IMG/VR virus record: IMGVR_UViG_3300023174_000199
Location: 1 to 56,618 of that record
Direction: 5' to 3' (one strand)
Source of the DNA: a virus
Taxonomy: Duplodnaviria; Caudoviricetes
Length of the DNA: 56,618 nucleotides
In this document: piece after piece, positions 33,879 to 45,026 of the stretch
How positions within the stretch are numbered: the stretch's first letter is position 1
Layout of the letters: each line of letters opens with the position of its first letter
The notes under the pieces: model-generated
The model's database searches: none
What the model was told of the DNA's origin: nothing
What the model saw: only the letters and a program-made list of their open reading frames with translations
Made by a program: the position numbers and the translations under genes

Positions 33879-36440
33879 ATGGCTTCAGCACTCGGTAAAT
33901 CGCTACTTCATACCAGTGTAGCGGACGCTGTTTATAAGGAAATTTCTTCTAAGCAGGGCCGCTATTACTATTTTCTAGGAACCACCGTTGCATGGGGTGA
34001 TGAGACTGACCCCCCTCTTCCTGTTGATAGTGAAGAATATGAGCGTACAACGCGTAATAATATTATCATTGTAAAAGAAGTACAACCTAATGATGTAGCA
34101 TTTGTTATTACGAGAAAAAATTGGGCGTCAAATGTTGTATACGATATGTACGACGACAGATATTCAACAGAGGTAGTTGGTATCGATTTACAGGCTGGTG
34201 GTATTGGTTACAGTAGTAACGTTGCTGTTTCAATTTCAGGTGGTGGGGGCACTGGTGCTGCAGCATCTGCATACCAGGCAAACGGTATTGTTACATCGAT
34301 TGTTTTAACATCTGGTGGTACTGGTTATACTTCAACCCCTATCGTTACTATTACTGATCCGTTTGGTGCAAATGCAAAAGCAAATGCTGTAATTAACTAC
34401 GCAGCAAGCGGGGCAAGTTCTTTACAAGATTCTAATTTCTACGTTGTTACCGATGACTTTAACCTATACAAGTGTATAGATAATAACAATAATAGTCTTT
34501 CAACAGTTAAGCCAACTGATACGAGTATTGATCCTTTCCAATTAACAGATGGTTACATTTGGAAGTTCTTATGTAGTGTACCCGTTGCACTAAGAAATAA
34601 ATTTCTTACAGAAACGCAGGTACCTGTTTCAACATCTATTAGAAATCAATTTTATTCTGGTGGTGAAATTAAAGTTGTTAACGTTACTAATACAGGAAAC
34701 AATTATACAACGGCGCGCTTAACCGTACAGGGTGATGGTTATTTAGAATCCGATCCATATTATATTGTGCGTGGTGCTATAACTGTACCAGGTAAAAATT
34801 ACACATATGCAACTCTTGCAGTTGCTGATCCTATTTCTGGTGTTGCAACATGGACATCCAATACTGCAGTTAATATTGGTCAGAAGTTTAAGTATGATTT
34901 TAATGTATATGATGTTGTTCGACCTGGTAGACTAGGTACTACAGGTCCTGTACATACGACAGGTATTATTGCTAATGGAACAGCTGGTTTAAAGTATGTT
35001 GGGCACAGTATAACCGGTAATGTTGGTATTTCGTCAGGCAACATTACAAGCATAACACTTGACGGTAGTGTTAAATCTGTTGATATTACAAACGTAGGTT
35101 CGGGATACTTAACAGCTCCTTCTGTTTCCTTTGTAGGTGGTAATGGGTCAAATGCTAATGCATATTCAATAATTACAGATGGCTCGGTAAGTTCAATACA
35201 GATATCTGACATTGGTAGAAACTATACTTCTATACCAGCAGTAAGAATTGGTACTCCATGGACTGCTAATACCGTTGTTACTTTAAATCAACAAATTTTT
35301 AACGGAACGTATCTTTATACTGTTGTAGGGGCAGGTACAACAAATACCCTTGCACCAACGCATACTGTAGGTACGAGGACACTTGGTACAGCAAATGTCG
35401 CATTTACAGGCAACGTTGCTACAGGTACAGCTGTATTAAAATACGGTGCAGGTTATATTGGCGCACCATTAGCAAACGTTATTGGTGATGGCTCCAATGC
35501 AAGGATAACTTTAGAAGTTGAAAAATCTGAAGCTACAGTATCACCAGTTATTGAATATGGTAAAATTGTTCGTACAAGAATTGATAATGGCGGTGTAGGT
35601 TATACGTATGCAACAATTACTCCTATTGGTAACGGTACAGGTGCGGAGTTTGCCGTTGATCTTTCAACAGGGGATCTTTCAACTCTACAGTCTAACGTTG
35701 AAAATTTAGCCGTACCAGGTGCTATTCATGCAATACGTATTGTATCAGGTGGTTATGGTTATACAGGTGCAACCGTTACTATTACAGGTGATGGTACAGG
35801 AGCAACAGCAACCGCTGTAATTTTAAATGGTAGGGTAGCAAAGATTATTGTACAGAGTCCGGGGTCAGGTTACACCAGAGCAATGGTATCAATTACTGGT
35901 ACCGGTTTTGGAGCAGTTGGTAGAGCAGTTTTACCACCGGTTGGTGGGCATGGAAGAGATGTAGTTTCAGAATTGTTTTCAACATCATTAGCTTTCTATA
36001 CAACAATTGCAAGAGATAAAAATCAAGGGTTTGATGTCGATAATGATTATAGACAGTTTGGTATTGTAAAAGATTTACAAAATTACCCTGATACAAGATA
36101 CTTTAACGGGGACGTTGGCTCAGCATGCTGGGTAATCTCTGGCACGGTTGATACGGCTTATTTTACAAATGATAAGATCATCCGTAGAGTTTCAGATAAT
36201 ACGCGATATGTAATCGTTAAATCAACATCAACAGGTGTACTTGTGCAATCAATTGATGGTGGTGTACCAGTCTTTAGTGATACTTTTAAGACAGCGACTA
36301 ATCAATCATTTATTGCTACCGGAGTCAATGCGCCAGATATAGATAAATATTCAGGCAAACTTCTTTACATAGACAACAGACTCGCCTTTACGTCAACAGC
36401 TGACCAGGCCGTTTCAATTAAAACAGTATTTAAGTACTAA
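33879..36440 (+). CDS. 8: Baseplate wedge protein gp8 with inserted beta-repeat domains
   Basis: YDMYDD, FYVVTDDFNLYKCIDN, DGYIWKF, DYRQFGIV, SGKLLYIDNR; internal GxGY repeats. Confidence 0.85.
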   Translation: MASALGKSLLHTSVADAVYKEISSKQGRYYYFLGTTVAWGDETDPPLPVDSEEYERTTRNNIIIVKEVQPNDVAFVITRKNWASNVVYDMYDDRYSTEVVGIDLQAGGIGYSSNVAVSISGGGGTGAAASAYQANGIVTSIVLTSGGTGYTSTPIVTITDPFGANAKANAVINYAASGASSLQDSNFYVVTDDFNLYKCIDNNNNSLSTVKPTDTSIDPFQLTDGYIWKFLCSVPVALRNKFLTETQVPVSTSIRNQFYSGGEIKVVNVTNTGNNYTTARLTVQGDGYLESDPYYIVRGAITVPGKNYTYATLAVADPISGVATWTSNTAVNIGQKFKYDFNVYDVVRPGRLGTTGPVHTTGIIANGTAGLKYVGHSITGNVGISSGNITSITLDGSVKSVDITNVGSGYLTAPSVSFVGGNGSNANAYSIITDGSVSSIQISDIGRNYTSIPAVRIGTPWTANTVVTLNQQIFNGTYLYTVVGAGTTNTLAPTHTVGTRTLGTANVAFTGNVATGTAVLKYGAGYIGAPLANVIGDGSNARITLEVEKSEATVSPVIEYGKIVRTRIDNGGVGYTYATITPIGNGTGAEFAVDLSTGDLSTLQSNVENLAVPGAIHAIRIVSGGYGYTGATVTITGDGTGATATAVILNGRVAKIIVQSPGSGYTRAMVSITGTGFGAVGRAVLPPVGGHGRDVVSELFSTSLAFYTTIARDKNQGFDVDNDYRQFGIVKDLQNYPDTRYFNGDVGSACWVISGTVDTAYFTNDKIIRRVSDNTRYVIVKSTSTGVLVQSIDGGVPVFSDTFKTATNQSFIATGVNAPDIDKYSGKLLYIDNRLAFTSTADQAVSIKTVFKY

Positions 36441-36448
36441 GGTAAAAC

Positions 36449-39400
36449 ATGGCGATTGATTTTAATACAGATCCATATTATGACGACTTTTCTGAAAGTA
36501 GCAATTACTACCGTATACTTTTTAAACCCGGTCGTGCAGTTCAAGCTCGTGAGTTAACCCAGCTTCAAACTATTATTCAAAACCAAATTACTAAATTTGG
36601 TAAAAATATTTACAAAGACGGTTCACCTATCGTAGGTGGTAAGACGTTTGTAAGTAACGGGTCGTACATTAAAATTAAAGAGACAACTACAATTGCTGCA
36701 TTTGAAGGTGCAACGGTAATTGGCGGCACATCTGGTGCTAAAGCTATTGTAAGAAAAATTACAACTCACAATACTACTAACAATGTTTATTATCCTGCTG
36801 CACTTCATTTAGTTTACGTAAGCGGTCAGTTTTTAGAAAATGAAACTATTACTATCGAAGGTACAACAACCGCTGTTACTGCAATTGCTGATGTAGCTGC
36901 GTACACAGGTTCGACAACGTTCTTTAGCGTAGATGAGAGTGTCTTTTTTATTAAAGGTCATTTTGTCTATGCAGCACCACAAACCGTTGTTCTATCTCCG
37001 AGATTCGTTAACTTACCGTCAGCAAGGTTAGGGTATACCGTTACCGAAGGTATTACAACATCGGATGATAAAGCAGATCTTCTTGACCCGGCTATTGGCT
37101 CAACAAATTATTTTGCGCCTGGTGCAGATAGATATTTTATTGATCTCACATTAACTTCAATTGAGTATGATCCAACAATTGAAGACTCTGACGTAACTAC
37201 TGTCAATGATTTTATTCAAATATGTACGGTAAAGAACGGTGGTGTAATTAATTTGAGTATGGATACGCAGTTTAATTCTATTGAAACTGCTATGGCAAGA
37301 AGAACATATGATGAGTCTGGTGACTATACAGTAAGACCTTTTATCGCAAAAATCAAAGATCACCTATACGGTAACACCAGTAAATTATCTGTTGAGGTTT
37401 CTCCAGGTAAGGCTTATGTAAGGGGTTATGAGTTTGAGACAACATCACCCTCATACATCACTTTAGATAGAGCAAGAGATACAAATATTGTTAACAATTA
37501 TTCTATTGCTCTTGACTACGGTCAATACACCCCTGTGTGGAATATTAATAACTTTGTAGCGTTCACAGAAGCCCAGCTACTTAACATTCACGATATTAAA
37601 TCCGGTTCAATTTCTGTTTCTAGCAACGCAGCTTATTCTGCAAACATTATTGGTACAGCTCGTGCTCGCTACATGAGCTATCAAGGCACTGCAGGTACTG
37701 GTAACGTATATAACTTGTATTTGTTTGATGTGCGTATGCTAGGAAGCAATACATTTAGTAAAGCAAATGCTTTCTCTGCCGCAACGTATACATCAGTACC
37801 AGCATTAACTGTTAAAGGTGATACATTCGCCTGGGGTAATGCAGCGTTTACATATGGTACGGACGACACTCTACTATTTAAAGTTCCACAACGAAACATT
37901 AAGACATTCTCTAATGTATCTGGTGCCGGTACCTCCGTAACAGATACAACATATCAATCAGTTCGTAATCTTGCTTCAACAGCGTTTGCGCCTGGTACAG
38001 GCGGCTATTCAGGCAATTCAGTTGCCACACTCTCGTTAGCTGGTAGTGAACAATTTCTTGGCTCGGGTCTTTTATCTGACACAGATATTAGAGATAGATT
38101 TATTGTAACTGTTACAGTTTCAGGATCAGGTACACCGCCAGTAGGTACCATTCTTGATTTTACCGGTGCTAATGGCGATATTGAGATTATCGGTCAAAAT
38201 GCATACTTAAGATATAAAGGCAGTACAAGCAGCTTTACAGCCAATGTAATGGCGTTGGTCGTTGCTCAACAAGCGACATCAAAAGTTAAGACTCTAACAA
38301 CCGGTACAGTAATTGTACCATATGGTACCAGTGTAACAAATATTTCGTTAAACGTACCTGATGTATACAGTATTACGAGTATTACAGATGCTACTGGTAA
38401 TAGTTACTTTTCTTCTTACCAATTAGATACCGGTCAAAGAGACGATTATTACGATCACGGAAGTGTCACATTAAAGTCAGATGGTAGAGCTCCTGTATTA
38501 CACGCCACTAATAACCCTAACGTTGTTGTTACATTCCAATATTTTGGACATACCGGCACAGGGTTCTTTAATGTTGACTCATACACAAACGGAGGATTAG
38601 ATTACGGGTCTATTCCTCAGTATAAAAAAGCCTCTGGTGCTATAACAAACTTGGCTGATGTTATTGATTTTAGACCAGTAAGAGAAGCAAATAAAACAAC
38701 ATATCTTTCTGATAGATCACCAAAGCCTGGGTCTGCTATGACAGCAGATTATGAGTACTATTTACCTAGAAAAGATAAACTTGTACTTACAAAAGAACGT
38801 AAGCTGACAATTGCAAAAGGTCTTGCAAGCGACTCTCCTTCTTACCCCAGCGATTTAACTGATGCGCTTGCATTGTATAATATCGATGTACCGGCTTACA
38901 CCGGGCGCGCAGAAGATGTACAATTTACCTATATTGATAATAAGCGCTTTACAATGCGCGATATTGGTAAAATTGAGAAGCGTGTTGGTAGATTAGAATA
39001 TTATTCTGCTTTAAGCTTACTTGAAAAGCTTGCTGCTGATGAAAGAATACCAAGTCAAATAGCTGGTATTGACAGATTCAAAAACGGTATTCTGGTTGAT
39101 TCATTTGCAGGGCATTCTGTAAGCGATGTAAATAATGGTGATTTAAGATGCTCTATTGATTACGAAAATAGATTAATGAGACCACGATTTGTTTCTGAGT
39201 CTTATATGTACGCGGTGAGCGGTGGTGAATCAACATCATATAAAAAATCTTTTGATTTAGTCACAATGGACTATACAACAGAGCCATTTGTATCTCAAAT
39301 CAAAGCTACTAATACAACGTACCTAACACCATTTGAAGTATTTACATGGACAGGTACGATGACTTTAACTCCATCCACAGATGTGTGGGCGGATACTGTC

Positions 39401-42400
39401 ACTAACCCAACGGTTACTGTTAACCTTAACGGTGAAAACGACGCGTTTACTCAAATTACGTTAGACAATACAGGTCTATCTCCATGGGGTACTAAATGGA
39501 ATGATTGGCAATCAGTCTTTCGTGGCTTAACTGATGTGTCTGTGGATGTATCTGCAGTTACAAATGTAAGTAATGATGTTCAGATTGATAAGACAGGTAA
39601 GATATCTGTAACACCGACTGCAAGAACAGATGTAACAACTTCTGTAACAAAGACATCACAAGAATCATTTGCGAGAACAGGCCTACAATTTAACACCGCT
39701 GCTAAGACCATTACAGCAAAGCTAGGTGAAAAGGTAATTGATTCAAGTATTATACCTTTCATTAGGTCAAAGCCAATTTCATTTGCTGCGTATAATTTAA
39801 AACCTGATACTCAGATGTATGCTACATTTGATGGCATCGATGTTACAAAATACTGCACACCTTCAGTGGCTGTAAAGTTTTTAAATACATTACCTAATAA
39901 CATTACACAAATAAGAGTGTTGTCAGGTGGTTCAACAGTATCGGTAGGTAATGTTATATCGCAAAGAGGCAATGTGTTATACATGATGCCTGATATTACT
40001 ACAAAGCTACCTGTAACCGGTAACACAGCAACGCTTGTTGCTGAAACAACTACAACTGCATCTATCTTAGGTGTTACTATAACCAATCAGACATTAAGAA
40101 CTGATGCTACAGGTGGTATTGCCGGCAGATTTACTATTCCTAATAATGGTGATCTTAAGTTTAACTTAGGTGAAAGAGCATTCCGATTAGCAGATACCTT
40201 AGATAAACGATTTATTACAACGGTTGCTGAAACAAAATATCTTGCTTACGGTTTATCTCAAACTAAAGAAGATACAATTCTTGCAACTAGAATGAATCTG
40301 GTTTCAATAGATCCGCTATTAGAAGTTAAAAAGAGTGCTGCAGAAACTTCGGTATCAAGAAATACTAATATAGGTAAGGCTACGGTTGGTACATCTAATC
40401 AAGCCCAGCTACCTCCACCTATACCCGCATATACACAGACTTTATTCTGTGGTGAAGCAATACAAACAACAGGGTTACAAGGGGTACATAACTTTAATAT
40501 TAATCTTGGTATTGGTGTAGGTGCAGCTAATGTAACGTGTTTTAGCGATGTAATACCTGATAGATTTACATTAATTTATAAAGGTCAAGAAATTACTTCT
40601 GGCTTTATGACGAGAAGTACTGATGCAGGTGTTAACCTTGGTTACTCTATACGATTAAAAGATTTGGGTTATCCAGAAATTACAAGAACTGGATGTACCT
40701 CACATGTAATAGAATTTACAAAGCAAGAAGAAGGTATTGAGTTTGCTACAGTTAGAGTTGATGCTCCTTTAAAGGGTACTGGATGGAATTTTAATATTAA
40801 ATGTCCTTCTGGTACGACAACACCTGCTCCGGGTTCTGCACGTATTGATATTACCGACCCTGTTGTAACATTGTTATCAAAAGATTTTGGTGATGTAGGA
40901 AGAACTGCAGGTGCTCAGACTGCTGTAACCGATATTGGTGTTCGATGCACAATAACAAATACAGCTACAGATAAGAGATGGTCAAAACAAGGAACAGATA
41001 AGACAATTTATCTCGAAGCATTAACTTGGTCAACTGTATCCGGAGTTAATGAAGGCACGGCCACAATTATAACAACGGGTACTGGTCAAGGCGTATACAA
41101 CGGGACTGTTTATCCAAACAAAACAACAGAGACATGGCAAAATACGCTTGGAACGCTACCTGTATTACTACAACCAGGTGAGTCAAGAACATTTACTGTT
41201 CGATTAGCTAAAACTGCTACTCAACGTGCTAACGGTAGATGCCAGATCCTACCATCTCTATCTGGACCAGGTGTTCAAAGTCAGTTATACAATGTATCAA
41301 CTAACATACCAACAATTGACTTTCAAACTCGAGATGCTAATCCCCCACCTGCACCAATAGATCCACTTGCACAGACGTTCTTTGTTGAATCAAGAGATTT
41401 TCCAAACGGTTTATTCCTAGCTTCAATCGACTTATGGTTCAATCAAAAAGATGAATTGCTACCTTGTTCAGTAGAAATAAGACCTGTTGTTAATGGTTAT
41501 CCAAGCTCAACAGATATAATTCCTTTTGCTACTGCTGTGAAAGATTCTTTTAACATAATTGCATCTCCAACGTTTAGTATTTCTAATAATACTAACTTTA
41601 AGTTTAATGCACCTGTATACCTACCGCCTGGTCAGTATGCTTTAGTAATCAAAGGCAATTCTAAGAAGTATATTATTTACTCTGCATCGCTGGGTGAGTT
41701 TAAGCTTGATGAGCCAGATGTTAGAGTAACAGATCAACCATATATTGGTTCGATGTTTAAGTCACAAAATGCTTCTACCTGGACAGCAGACCAGGGTATG
41801 GATATTACCTTTAGACTCAATAAATGTAAATTCAGCACAACGACGCCTACAACGGTTATTCTTAACTCTGTAGCTCCTGCAAATAACGTCGAGTATGATG
41901 TATTTTATACAACTGGTGAAAATCTACAGTTTGCTGATACTTCTACCCTATACTCATTCAAGTCAACAAGCAATGCAACCGGTGCACTAGACTCTGCATA
42001 CAGAGGTTATTTGCTAGGTTCAAATTATGGAATGGATGAGCGTAAGGCAATTAAATCTAGTACTCCTAGCTCGTTAAAATTTAATGTTGTATTGTCTACA
42101 ACAGATACGACTATTTCACCTGTAATTGACTTAGAGAGATTGAGTAGCGTTCTAATCCGTAATATTATTAATAACGATGCTACAGGCGAAGATAGTTACA
42201 GCGGTGGTAATGCTGCAGCAAGATATATTACAAGACGTGTAACGCTAAATCCAGGCTTTGAAGCTAAGGACATGAGAGTGTATCTAAATGCTTATTGCCC
42301 TGGACCTTCATCAATTAAAGTTTACTACAAAGTAAATGCACCTGGAACAACGCAGTTTGACTCCGATAATAAATATGTGTTAATGAATAATTTATTTACG

Positions 42401-42574
42401 AGTGGTGATACAAAGTCTGGCTTTGCAGAATATACATTCACAACCTTCCTAGGTCAATGCTTACCAGATGGTGCTGATTACAGCACGTTTGTTGTTAAAA
42501 TCGTTATGTTATCATCTGATACAACTCAGGTGCCAATTATAAGAGACTTAAGGGTGCTAGCGCTAGATGCATAA
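36449..42574 (+). CDS. Large virion structural protein (VrlC/DUF4815-like)
   Basis: PYYDDF...LFKPGRAVQARELTQLQ, RRTYDESGDY, DRFKNGILVD, DPLAQTF. Confidence 0.85.
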   Translation: MAIDFNTDPYYDDFSESSNYYRILFKPGRAVQARELTQLQTIIQNQITKFGKNIYKDGSPIVGGKTFVSNGSYIKIKETTTIAAFEGATVIGGTSGAKAIVRKITTHNTTNNVYYPAALHLVYVSGQFLENETITIEGTTTAVTAIADVAAYTGSTTFFSVDESVFFIKGHFVYAAPQTVVLSPRFVNLPSARLGYTVTEGITTSDDKADLLDPAIGSTNYFAPGADRYFIDLTLTSIEYDPTIEDSDVTTVNDFIQICTVKNGGVINLSMDTQFNSIETAMARRTYDESGDYTVRPFIAKIKDHLYGNTSKLSVEVSPGKAYVRGYEFETTSPSYITLDRARDTNIVNNYSIALDYGQYTPVWNINNFVAFTEAQLLNIHDIKSGSISVSSNAAYSANIIGTARARYMSYQGTAGTGNVYNLYLFDVRMLGSNTFSKANAFSAATYTSVPALTVKGDTFAWGNAAFTYGTDDTLLFKVPQRNIKTFSNVSGAGTSVTDTTYQSVRNLASTAFAPGTGGYSGNSVATLSLAGSEQFLGSGLLSDTDIRDRFIVTVTVSGSGTPPVGTILDFTGANGDIEIIGQNAYLRYKGSTSSFTANVMALVVAQQATSKVKTLTTGTVIVPYGTSVTNISLNVPDVYSITSITDATGNSYFSSYQLDTGQRDDYYDHGSVTLKSDGRAPVLHATNNPNVVVTFQYFGHTGTGFFNVDSYTNGGLDYGSIPQYKKASGAITNLADVIDFRPVREANKTTYLSDRSPKPGSAMTADYEYYLPRKDKLVLTKERKLTIAKGLASDSPSYPSDLTDALALYNIDVPAYTGRAEDVQFTYIDNKRFTMRDIGKIEKRVGRLEYYSALSLLEKLAADERIPSQIAGIDRFKNGILVDSFAGHSVSDVNNGDLRCSIDYENRLMRPRFVSESYMYAVSGGESTSYKKSFDLVTMDYTTEPFVSQIKATNTTYLTPFEVFTWTGTMTLTPSTDVWADTVTNPTVTVNLNGENDAFTQITLDNTGLSPWGTKWNDWQSVFRGLTDVSVDVSAVTNVSNDVQIDKTGKISVTPTARTDVTTSVTKTSQESFARTGLQFNTAAKTITAKLGEKVIDSSIIPFIRSKPISFAAYNLKPDTQMYATFDGIDVTKYCTPSVAVKFLNTLPNNITQIRVLSGGSTVSVGNVISQRGNVLYMMPDITTKLPVTGNTATLVAETTTTASILGVTITNQTLRTDATGGIAGRFTIPNNGDLKFNLGERAFRLADTLDKRFITTVAETKYLAYGLSQTKEDTILATRMNLVSIDPLLEVKKSAAETSVSRNTNIGKATVGTSNQAQLPPPIPAYTQTLFCGEAIQTTGLQGVHNFNINLGIGVGAANVTCFSDVIPDRFTLIYKGQEITSGFMTRSTDAGVNLGYSIRLKDLGYPEITRTGCTSHVIEFTKQEEGIEFATVRVDAPLKGTGWNFNIKCPSGTTTPAPGSARIDITDPVVTLLSKDFGDVGRTAGAQTAVTDIGVRCTITNTATDKRWSKQGTDKTIYLEALTWSTVSGVNEGTATIITTGTGQGVYNGTVYPNKTTETWQNTLGTLPVLLQPGESRTFTVRLAKTATQRANGRCQILPSLSGPGVQSQLYNVSTNIPTIDFQTRDANPPPAPIDPLAQTFFVESRDFPNGLFLASIDLWFNQKDELLPCSVEIRPVVNGYPSSTDIIPFATAVKDSFNIIASPTFSISNNTNFKFNAPVYLPPGQYALVIKGNSKKYIIYSASLGEFKLDEPDVRVTDQPYIGSMFKSQNASTWTADQGMDITFRLNKCKFSTTTPTTVILNSVAPANNVEYDVFYTTGENLQFADTSTLYSFKSTSNATGALDSAYRGYLLGSNYGMDERKAIKSSTPSSLKFNVVLSTTDTTISPVIDLERLSSVLIRNIINNDATGEDSYSGGNAAARYITRRVTLNPGFEAKDMRVYLNAYCPGPSSIKVYYKVNAPGTTQFDSDNKYVLMNNLFTSGDTKSGFAEYTFTTFLGQCLPDGADYSTFVVKIVMLSSDTTQVPIIRDLRVLALDA

Positions 42575-42788
42575 ACCAAGATTAGTTCCGATTATTGATC
42601 ATAAAGAATTGGTCAGGGATACGTATTCAAAAGCAATACTCCCTACCAATTTGAGTGCTTTGCAGGAACATAGATTAAAGAAAAAAGCATTCGAAGATTT
42701 GATGAGACAGACATCGGAAATTAAAGAACTTAAAGAAGAGATGAGCGAGATTAAATCCATGCTACATCAACTTCTTAAAGATAAATAA
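42567..42788 (+). CDS. Small coiled-coil protein
   Basis: LVRD..SKAI...EIKSML; typically follows the large structural gene. Confidence 0.7.
   Translation: MHKPRLVPIIDHKELVRDTYSKAILPTNLSALQEHRLKKKAFEDLMRQTSEIKELKEEMSEIKSMLHQLLKDK
42780..42787 (+). promoter_or_regulatory. Late promoter variant
   Basis: GATAAATA at the gene end, before the fibre cluster. Confidence 0.6.
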
Positions 42789-42815
42789 CTAATAACATTC
42801 ATTTAGAAAATAAAC

Positions 42816-43028
42816 ATGGCAACTCTAGTCTTAAGAACAGTAAAAGGTTCACCACTTACCAATCAGGAAGTAGATGGAAATTTTTCCAATATACTGGCTG
42901 ATGTCGGTGTAACTAATAACCTAACGACTACAACAAAAGCAAATGTTGTATCTGCAATTAACGAAATTATTGCAAAAGCCCCCACAAAAGACTCAGTTAT
43001 TGCTTTAACCATAGCGCTAGGATCATAA
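42816..43028 (+). CDS. Short fibre-anchor-like virion protein
   Basis: LRTVKGSPLT..EVDGNF N-terminus; VIALTIALG C-terminus. Confidence 0.65.
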   Translation: MATLVLRTVKGSPLTNQEVDGNFSNILADVGVTNNLTTTTKANVVSAINEIIAKAPTKDSVIALTIALGS

Positions 43029-43032
43029 AAAA

Positions 43033-43362
43033 ATGGCAAATATATTTAAAAACGCAATTCTTTCCGGAGTTGGTCTTACAGCTGCCAACGTATACATTGC
43101 ACCAACAGGTAATACTTCTATTTGTATTGAGCTAGATGTTGCTAATACAACATCAAGTACCGTGAGTGCTAACGTTATTATTAGAAAAGGTACTGGTGGT
43201 GGTAGCGCATTTATTATTAAATCTGCACCTATTCCAACCGGTTCATCACTTCAAGTTATTGCTGGTCAAAAGATTGTTTTAGAATCTGGTGATTACTTAC
43301 AAGTACAGAGTGATACAGCAGCCTCTATTGACGCTGTTGCAAGTATCTTACAAGACGTTTAA
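43033..43362 (+). CDS. Small beta-rich virion protein
   Basis: MANIFKN...KIVLESGD. Confidence 0.65.
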   Translation: MANIFKNAILSGVGLTAANVYIAPTGNTSICIELDVANTTSSTVSANVIIRKGTGGGSAFIIKSAPIPTGSSLQVIAGQKIVLESGDYLQVQSDTAASIDAVASILQDV

Positions 43363-43372
43363 GGATTAAATA

Positions 43373-44422
43373 ATGGCATACATTGGTACACCACCGGCCA
43401 ATCGGCCGTTAACTTCATTCGATATTGGTGAAAACAATATCACCTCGTTCAATATTTCTGAAGCTGTTATTGAAACACTTGATCTTGTTGCTAACTCTGT
43501 AACATCGGCTAAAATTGCCGACGGCGCGGTTGACACTGCTGAATTAGCAGATAACTCTATTACAACTGCAAAGCTTAATACTAACTTTGCGTGGAGTCAT
43601 GGTCACGCTCTAGCAGCCCTTTCAGGTAATGTATCTGTCGCACAATTACCAAACGTAGGTATTACTGCTGGCACGTACGGTAATGCAACAAGCATTCCTG
43701 CTGTTACAATTAATAGTAAAGGTCAAGTAACTGCTGTCTCAAATGTAGCTATTATTGCTGGTGGTTTTTCTAACATGACAGTATATACCGCTAATGCGAC
43801 ATTTACAATTCCTGCAGGTATTACAAAGATTAAAGTAACACTAGTAGGAGGTGGTGGTGCTGGGGGAAGTGCTACATATGTTACTGACGGTTACGGTGGC
43901 TCAGGTGTTGGTACGTCTTTAACATCAGGCACTGAAACAATTTCTCAGGTATACGCAGGACCTGGTGTCGGTGGAGCGCCAGGTGGTGTAACACCTGCAG
44001 GCACCGGTGGAAATGCTACTGGTGGTACTTTAAATATAAAAGGTACACCTGGTCTTTCTTCACAAGTTACAGGAGTACCAACAGCCATTAGCGGTGGGTA
44101 TGCAGTTACCTTCAACAGCGGGGAGGGTGGTTCTTCTACTCTCGGTGGCGGAATGCCTCCTGTGTTTGCAACCAACAACGGTATTAGCGCAACTGGTATA
44201 AATTTAAGTTATGGTGGGGGTGGTTCAGGAGGATCACAATCAGGTAGCAGCGGTGGCGCTGGCCAGGGTGGTGGTGGTGGTTCAACTGCTATTAAATATT
44301 TAACCGGTCTTACGCCTGGTAATACATTAACAGTTACAGTTGGTACGGGTGGTTTAGCTTCAACTACTGAAACTCGAAATGGTGGTAATGGTGGTCCGGG
44401 TATTGCCCTTATTGAATATTAA
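43373..44422 (+). CDS. Fibre protein with C-terminal glycine-rich adhesin-like domain
   Basis: MAYIG start, ITSAKIAD-type repeats, one Gly-rich module. Confidence 0.7.
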   Translation: MAYIGTPPANRPLTSFDIGENNITSFNISEAVIETLDLVANSVTSAKIADGAVDTAELADNSITTAKLNTNFAWSHGHALAALSGNVSVAQLPNVGITAGTYGNATSIPAVTINSKGQVTAVSNVAIIAGGFSNMTVYTANATFTIPAGITKIKVTLVGGGGAGGSATYVTDGYGGSGVGTSLTSGTETISQVYAGPGVGGAPGGVTPAGTGGNATGGTLNIKGTPGLSSQVTGVPTAISGGYAVTFNSGEGGSSTLGGGMPPVFATNNGISATGINLSYGGGGSGGSQSGSSGGAGQGGGGGSTAIKYLTGLTPGNTLTVTVGTGGLASTTETRNGGNGGPGIALIEY

Positions 44423-44439
44423 AATAACAGGAAAAACAA

Positions 44440-45024
44440 ATGGCTTTAACAAGAGTTTCAGGCAATGCGCTAAATGCTAATGCAATTACTGCAGCTAAGA
44501 TTGCTGACGGTACAATATTAGGAGTAGATATTGCTGACGGTGCTATTTTCCTAGGAAATGCAACGCACTCTGGTGCTAAGGTATCAGGTAACGTTAACGT
44601 TCAATTAGTGACTACGGGTCAAGCAAACGTTGTTAGTATTGTTAATACCGGCTCTTTTACTGAACGTGCAAATGTTATTAATTCTGGTCCTGCAAGTATT
44701 CAGATCTACACGGTTGCTGAAAACACGTATACTGTTCATACCGCTAATGCTACAACTGCATTTCAAATGAACTTTACAGGATTGGCAAACGTTGATATTA
44801 ATAATTCAGTTACGTTTGCTGTTGCTGTACAAAATGGGTCTACTGCTTATTACCCAACATCTATTCAAATTGATAATGTAGTACAAAGCACTCAGTACCT
44901 TAAGTGGCAAGGATCAATACCATCCAGCGGTAGTCCAAACGCCATAGATGTTTATACCTTTGCTATATTAAAATTAGCAGCAGGAACCTACAGAACATTT
45001 GCATCTCAAAGTAAGTTTGTCTAA
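44440..45024 (+). CDS. Fibre-associated virion protein
   Basis: ITAAKIADG repeat and beta-rich C-domain. Confidence 0.6.
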   Translation: MALTRVSGNALNANAITAAKIADGTILGVDIADGAIFLGNATHSGAKVSGNVNVQLVTTGQANVVSIVNTGSFTERANVINSGPASIQIYTVAENTYTVHTANATTAFQMNFTGLANVDINNSVTFAVAVQNGSTAYYPTSIQIDNVVQSTQYLKWQGSIPSSGSPNAIDVYTFAILKLAAGTYRTFASQSKFV

Positions 45025-45026
45025 TT

